A stretch of 32,000 nucleotides of DNA from Okeania sp. (lineage in GTDB: Bacteria; Cyanobacteriota; Cyanobacteriia; Cyanobacteriales; Microcoleaceae), in assembly GCF_035285525.1 (NCBI RefSeq), contig NZ_JAYKGW010000226.1, forward strand, positions 19,156 to 51,155. Reading direction: 5' to 3'. Positions 27,759 to 32,000 of this stretch are shown in pieces. The notes beneath the pieces are model-generated. The model ran no database searches. It worked only from the letters and a program-made list of their open reading frames with translations, and was not told the origin of the DNA. A program made the position numbers and the translations under genes. Within the stretch, counting starts at the first letter, position 1. Each line of letters opens with the position of its first letter.

Positions 27759-28135
27759 TTTACTTTTTCCTCCACATCAAGTTGATGATAATAAATTTCC
27801 ATCTCTGCATCAAGTTGGCGACGATCTTCTTCAATAAAAGCTTGTACCTCCTCAAAATCTGGATCATCTTTAAACATTCCGGCAAATTTCATCCAGGGAT
27901 GTTCGGGTTTCGGGCGTTCAATTTCCAGGGATACAATTTCCACTTTTTCTAAACGTGCTGTCACTATCTGAGAGAATTTGGTAAGTGCTTCATCGCGGTT
28001 TCCTGCGATAGCTTAACATTCCGGCCATCCTAATATTGTGGCTCGATACTCACCAGTTTCGATAGGTTCAACCAAAACTGGATAATTCAATTTGGTGGAA
28101 TTTTCTGCTTGATTAGTAAAATTAAAACTCATCAT
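27755..28135 (-). pseudogene. HicB-like/UPF0150-type antitoxin gene with an in-frame TAA
   Basis: My translation from ATG 28135 gives MMSFNFTNQAENSTKLNYPVLVEPIETGEYRATILGWPEC*AIAGNRDEALTKFSQIVTARLEK..., joining track ORF 27755-27964 in frame. The TAA is at 28013-28015. Confidence 0.65.
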
Positions 28136-28317
28136 ATTTCTTCTAATTTTTTTTCATTATAGCAGAGGAATTTTAATAATTTATTCAACAAAAAAATCAA
28201 CTTCAAGATGATAGTTAAAAAGTCATTTTTTTAGAACCATAAGCATTTCCTCAGTGCTATAATATCAAAAACAACCCCAGCAACTAAACCAAAATTAAAC
28301 CTCAAAAAAACCCTATT

Positions 28318-28895
28318 ATGTCAGCCAAAGACATCTTTGATAATGCCGTACGCTTCGTCCTCGAAAAAGATGGATGGACTGTAACTCACGATCCTCTATT
28401 TATGAGAGTCGGCGACGTTAGTTTCCAAATAGATTTAGGTGGAGCAAAAATCATTGTTGCTGAAAAAGGCGAGCAAAAAATAGCAGTAGAAGTGAAATCT
28501 TTTGTAGGAGCATCCGAGGTGAAAGAATTTCATTTAACCCTTGGCTAAATGCTTAACTACCGCTCTGCATTAAGAAAAGCACATCCAAATCGAATCAGGA
28601 TTTACGCAAAGGCACTATATATAGCGTATTGGTGGGTGACGAAGTGCGCTTTTCATGTCCCGTAGCGTTTCGGCGCTTGAGCCGACATATAAAGCGGAGC
28701 TTTGCGGAACGCAAAACACACCCTACTAATAGCGTTCATGCGTAAGTCCTACGAATATTATATCTGGCAATTACCTTGGAAATTTACGATAGCTTTTTTC
28801 GTCGCGAATTTGTTCGAGATGTCATCGCCGAACATTAATTAAAATTACTAATTTTTGATTCTAGCAAGGAGAATATTATAACATGGAAAAACTAA
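28318..28895 (+). pseudogene. xisH: xisH disrupted by two TAA codons and a 156-bp MITE
   Basis: MSAKDIFDNAVRFVLEKDGWTVTHDPLF...KSFVGASEVKEFHLTLG*MLNYRSALRKAHPNR[MITE]ILYLAITLEIYDSFFRREFVRDVIAEH*LKLLIFDSSKENIITWKN*. The TAA codons are at 28546-28548 and 28836-28838. Removing the MITE and one TSD copy restores the frame. The end overlaps the xisI start, as in intact pairs. Confidence 0.85.
28596..28751. mobile_element. MITE, long type I variant (156 bp), inserted in xisH
   Basis: caggatttacgc...gcgtaagtccta; TSD cgaat (28591-28595 and 28752-28756). Excision in silico restores ..HPNRILYLAI.. Confidence 0.9.
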
Positions 28896-29215
28896 ATTAT
28901 TCCGAACTGGTGCAAAAAATTTTGACCGAAAGTTTCTTAGGAGAAGATATTTCTCCAGATACAGAAGTAGAAGTTGTTTTCGATACAGTACGCGATCGCT
29001 ATTTAGTCGTTAATCTAGGTGGGGATGCCCATAAACGGGTATATGGGACTACAGTTCATGTTGATATTAAAGATGGGAAAATCTGGGTACAACAAGATTG
29101 TAGCGATATCGGCATTGCTGACGAGTTATTAGAGGCAGGTGTACCCAAGACAGATATAGTTTTTAGTTTTCAATCTGCTTATCGGCGACAGTTTAGTGGG
29201 TTTGCTGTTGGTTAG
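28883..29215 (+). CDS. xisI: XisI protein (apparently intact)
   Basis: MEKLNYSELVQKILTE...VFDTVRDRYLVVNLGGDAHKRVYGTTVHVDIKDGKIWVQQD.SD.GIADELLEAGVPKTDIV; 110 aa. Confidence 0.85.
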   Translation: MEKLNYSELVQKILTESFLGEDISPDTEVEVVFDTVRDRYLVVNLGGDAHKRVYGTTVHVDIKDGKIWVQQDCSDIGIADELLEAGVPKTDIVFSFQSAYRRQFSGFAVG

Positions 29216-29260
29216 GGAAAAGCTATTTTTTCCAAAGGAATTAGGTGTATTCTTGATCAA

Positions 29261-29488
29261 CAGGACTTACACAAATAGAATATATATGGGGTGTTGGTGC
29301 GTTAGCGTAGCGTAACGCACCCTACCAATAGCTCCTCCCTTCCCACCTTGTCTTCCTGGTCTTCTTTGTCTGCTTCGTAGCTGGTAGAGGGTTTGGAGAC
29401 CAAACCCCTACGGTCTTCAATTCTACGAATACTAACGCATTTGATATGACTTTGGTATAGTAATTATCTGGATTTGATCTAAGTCCTA
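29261..29488. mobile_element. Degenerate/composite MITE (type I left half plus unrelated and hairpin-family sequence)
   Basis: It starts caggacttacac..ggtgcgttagcgtagcgtaacgcaccctaccaatagc and ends ..tctaagtccta. It has no matching TSD and contains a ggtttggagaccaaacccctac hairpin. Confidence 0.45.
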
Positions 29489-29546
29489 TTTCTCACAAAT
29501 ATGATGACTGTACACCACCAAAACAGTTACTAAACCTAGTCGCAAT

Positions 29547-29822
29547 TTACAAATATTTCTGTAACACTTGCTGCAATTTTCTGACTGGTGTTCGAGGTGA
29601 AAAACGTGGTATCAACTTTTCTGTTGCTGTATCTGTTTCAGAAACACAAAGTACAGGGATTTCATATTGATAAGCTTGAAACCAGTCATCACGGGTGGTG
29701 ATGTTTCTAACCTCTAACTCAAATTTACAAGTGCTTTCGGGGTCTTTCAATATTTCTTCCAATTTTTCTTGAAGTCCTTCACAGAGATGACAACCTGGTT
29801 TACTGTATAAAATCAAATTCAT
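29547..29822 (-). CDS. Glutaredoxin-like thioredoxin-fold protein (DUF836)
   Basis: MNLILYSKPGCHLCEGLQEKLE...YEIPVL; CxxC motif; 91 aa. Confidence 0.7.
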   Translation of the reverse strand: MNLILYSKPGCHLCEGLQEKLEEILKDPESTCKFELEVRNITTRDDWFQAYQYEIPVLCVSETDTATEKLIPRFSPRTPVRKLQQVLQKYL

Positions 29823-29842
29823 AATTTTAGATTAGATGGCGC

Positions 29843-29898
29843 TAGGGAATAGGGAATAGGGAATAGGGAATAGGGAATAGGGAATAGGGAATAGAGAA
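29843..29898. repeat. Heptamer tandem repeat tagggaa x7 plus a degenerate copy
   Basis: Read directly. It starts 21 nt upstream of the DUF836 start codon. Two GC-rich hairpins follow at 29917-29970. Confidence 0.9.
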
Positions 29899-29984
29899 CA
29901 GATGCTATAGCTGACAGTAGGGGCGAATGGCATTCGCCCTTGTAGGGACGTTCCATAGAACGTCCCTACTTTGTGATGTCGTAA

Positions 29985-30950
29985 TTATGAAAAACTCTGT
30001 AAAGCAGATAAAACCCGATCGTGAATTATCCCATTACTAACAACCACACCCCGGTTATCAACCATTTTTGATCCATCAGCAAAATTCAAAGGTTTGCCAT
30101 AAATATCGGTAACGCGCCCCCCTGCTTCCTCAACCACGATCGCTCCGGCAGCATGATCCCAAATATTTTCTCGGTAGTCTGGTTTCTTTGGTGATGGCAA
30201 ACGCAAATATAAAGCAGCTTTTCCAGATGCCACAATCCCATATTTTGCCTGGGAGTCTACCCTAACTGATGGTGCAGTAATACCAACTGCCTGAGCTACA
30301 GCATTTTGACGGTCTTGGTCGCCGTGAGAACTTTCCACGCTCTCCACAAACCGAAGATTAGCAGTATCATCCGCTTGCACAACCTGAATCGGAGTCAGTT
30401 CACCTCCTGCTATTGGCATCATCGCTGCACCTTCACCCCGCACCGCTACATATAACATTCCTGGTTCATTATTTTCCACTGGCATCGCTGGACAAGCTAA
30501 CACTCCGACCTTCACTTCTCCTGCTTCCACTAATGCTAACGCCACTGCATATTGGTCTTGACGTAAGAACCCTTTTGTGCCGTCAATGGGGTCTAATGTC
30601 CAATAACGAGGTCCCACTTTACCGTTACCTTGGTTAATCCACTGTATAACCTGTTCTGAGGTGGCATCTGGGATTTGTTGCTTAACATAATTTGTTACTT
30701 TTGTCAAATTTTCTGCCATTTCTGGAGTCAGTAAATCAGTAGCATCCTCTTCTCCTACCACTGGAACCTTAGGAAAAGCTGCAGCTAAAGCCTTGCAAAT
30801 TAATGCCTGAGCGCCATAGTCAGCAACAGTTACAGGACTTTTATCCCCCTTTTCCATTGCGGGGGGAATATTGCTGCGGACTTGTTCACAGAGTTTAGCT
30901 GCTGCTAGAGCCGATTCTATAGCTATTTGTTTTTCGCGATCGTATGCCAT
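29985..30950 (-). CDS. 3'(2'),5'-bisphosphate nucleotidase (HAL2/SAL1-type, inositol monophosphatase superfamily)
   Basis: DKSPVTVADYGAQAL...PVVGEED...WTLDPIDGTKGFLR...WDHAAG..VVEEAGG.VTD; 321 aa. Confidence 0.8.
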   Translation of the reverse strand: MAYDREKQIAIESALAAAKLCEQVRSNIPPAMEKGDKSPVTVADYGAQALICKALAAAFPKVPVVGEEDATDLLTPEMAENLTKVTNYVKQQIPDATSEQVIQWINQGNGKVGPRYWTLDPIDGTKGFLRQDQYAVALALVEAGEVKVGVLACPAMPVENNEPGMLYVAVRGEGAAMMPIAGGELTPIQVVQADDTANLRFVESVESSHGDQDRQNAVAQAVGITAPSVRVDSQAKYGIVASGKAALYLRLPSPKKPDYRENIWDHAAGAIVVEEAGGRVTDIYGKPLNFADGSKMVDNRGVVVSNGIIHDRVLSALQSFS

Positions 30951-30997
30951 AAGTAATTTTATGTTAGGTACTTTGTTATAGCATATATTATTATAAA

Positions 30998-31100
30998 CAG
31001 GACTTACGCAGATGAACCCAGAAACCCGGTTTCTCCTAGACTTCTATTGCTCAAAACAACGATTTCTCCTAGAAAACGGGTTCCTCCCGTGTAAGTCCTA
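30998..31100. mobile_element. MITE, type II core (103 bp), between the Calx-beta gene and the nucleotidase gene
   Basis: caggacttacgcag...cgtgtaagtccta. The flanks ataaa / atcaa match at 4 of 5 positions. Confidence 0.8.
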
Positions 31101-31126
31101 ATCAAGATACCTTTAGGGGTTTTATG

Positions 31127-32000
31127 TTACAGCAAATCAATGCTCAAACGGTAGGGAGTCCGACTACTACCTTGAGGATACACCCGCACAAAATAATTTC
31201 CTGGTTCTAATGTGGTGATTATGATTTCTGGGTTATTACCATCGTTTTTAGACTGGTTAATCAATTCTTCACCACTGCCATATAATTCGACGTTGGCATC
31301 TTTGAATAAACCGTCAAGGAACAATGCAAAATCTCCTTCCTTATCTGTTTGGAAGCGGTAAAAGTCATTGGTATCACGATAACTTCCTCTGGTAAAACCG
31401 ATGTCGTCAACTACAACCACTTCCTCTGTAAGTTTGCCTAAATCGAGCGCTGTCTGGAAACTATCTCCGGGTTCACCGCTGTTCTCATCATTATCCTCAA
31501 TAGTACCAACAGCAGATTTATCTCCCAATTGAACATTTTTTGGTTTGCTGAGTTTGACGCTAAATGTTTCGTCCTCTTCCTTGAGAGTATCTCCTAATAT
31601 GGGAACGGTTATGGTTTTTTTCTTCTGGTTGGGTTTGAAAACGATTTTGCCTTCTTTTGGTTGGTAGTCAGAATCTTGTTTAGCAGTTCCGTCAACAGTG
31701 GCATAATTTACTTCAACCCTTTTGTTAACTTTGGTGTTGAGAGTAACGTCAAATTTTAGTTGTTTTGTGCCGTCATCCCCTTCAGTTATTTCAGCATCTT
31801 TGATGGAAACTTTGGCAAGGTCGTTATTGCGAATAGTGCCAATACCTCCATTATCTTGGAGTTGGGCGTTGATGGGGTTACTGAGGTTGAGCTTAAAGGT
31901 TTCGTGAGGTTCTACTTTTGTGTCGCCCAAGATGGGGACGGTTATATTTTTTTGGGTTTCACCAGGTTGGAAGGTAAGAGTACCTTGGGTGGGTTGGTAG
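31127..32000 (-). CDS. Calx-beta repeat protein with C-terminal pre-peptidase (PPC)-like domain; 5' end lies outside the window
   Basis: Calx-beta pattern VNYATVDGTAKQDSDYQPKEGKIVFKPNQKKKTITVPILGDTLKEEDETF, seen more than twice. The frame stays open to position 32000 (..YQPTQGTLTFQPGETQKNITVPILGDTKVEPHETF). The tail NDFYRF...GNYFVRVYP is PPC-like. Confidence 0.8.
   Translation of the reverse strand, partial: YQPTQGTLTFQPGETQKNITVPILGDTKVEPHETFKLNLSNPINAQLQDNGGIGTIRNNDLAKVSIKDAEITEGDDGTKQLKFDVTLNTKVNKRVEVNYATVDGTAKQDSDYQPKEGKIVFKPNQKKKTITVPILGDTLKEEDETFSVKLSKPKNVQLGDKSAVGTIEDNDENSGEPGDSFQTALDLGKLTEEVVVVDDIGFTRGSYRDTNDFYRFQTDKEGDFALFLDGLFKDANVELYGSGEELINQSKNDGNNPEIIITTLEPGNYFVRVYPQGSSRTPYRLSIDLL

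Noticed and set aside
27701-27952. 83-aa plus-strand ORF
   Set aside because: It is antisense to the HicB-like/VapC junction, whose minus-strand reading is family-like.
15831-28838. TAA reassignment or programmed readthrough as an explanation for the in-frame TAA codons
   Set aside because: TAA is the terminal codon of several intact genes whose lengths match their families (DUF2997, ycf35, ycf3, gatC). The contexts of the five internal TAA codons share no motif. The same loci also carry a TGA, frameshift(s) and a MITE, so pseudogenisation is the economical explanation.
30413-31907. ORFs 30413-30637(+) and 31722-31907(+)
   Set aside because: They are antisense shadows of the nucleotidase and Calx-beta genes.
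1-32000. tRNA, rRNA, tmRNA, RNase P, group I/II intron or DGR components
   Set aside because: Visual scanning found no T-arm/anticodon-arm patterns, no rRNA-like conserved blocks, no reverse transcriptase or intron domain V-like sequence, and no A-mismatch repeat pairs. My sensitivity by eye is limited.

Overview
AT-rich cyanobacterial chromosomal window. The evidence is ycf3, ycf35, a Cph1-type phytochrome, xisH/xisI, about 15 HIP1 GCGATCGC sites seen by eye, and heptamer STRR-like repeats. The lineage cannot be resolved: a filamentous Nostocales- or Trichodesmium-like genome is a guess. By my tally only about 60% is coding. Intact genes: DUF2997 + ycf35, a single-cluster ferredoxin-domain protein, and a same-strand light-signalling cluster (phytochrome HK, Rcp-like receiver, REC-4xCBS-GAF-HK-REC-HPt hybrid kinase). 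Also intact: an SH3b protein, ycf3, gatC, a cbiG-cobJ fusion, a secreted His-motif protein, a YjbQ-family protein, an MscS channel, a glycosyltransferase, murE, xisI, a DUF836 glutaredoxin-like protein, a HAL2-type nucleotidase and a partial Calx-beta/PPC protein. I found no rRNA, tRNA, CRISPR array or transposase gene. The intergenic DNA holds at least seven small dispersed repeat families. The clearest is a MITE family with CAGGACTTACGC terminal inverted repeats (TIRs) and 5-bp target-site duplications (TSDs). One copy is nested in another element whose empty-site paralogue lies 430 bp away, and one copy sits inside xisH. All three accessory two-gene modules (UPF0175/DUF3368, HicB-like/VapC, XisH/XisI) are hit by premature stops, mostly TAA, while housekeeping genes are intact. 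I do not see a convincing new multi-gene protein system. The best leads are non-coding: variable-copy G/C hairpin arrays, an invariant 74-nt core inside diverged MITEs, a 22-nt palindrome shared between a MITE array and the cbiG coding sequence, an orphan terminator, and a duplicated rcp leader in a 1.7-kb ORF-free spacer.
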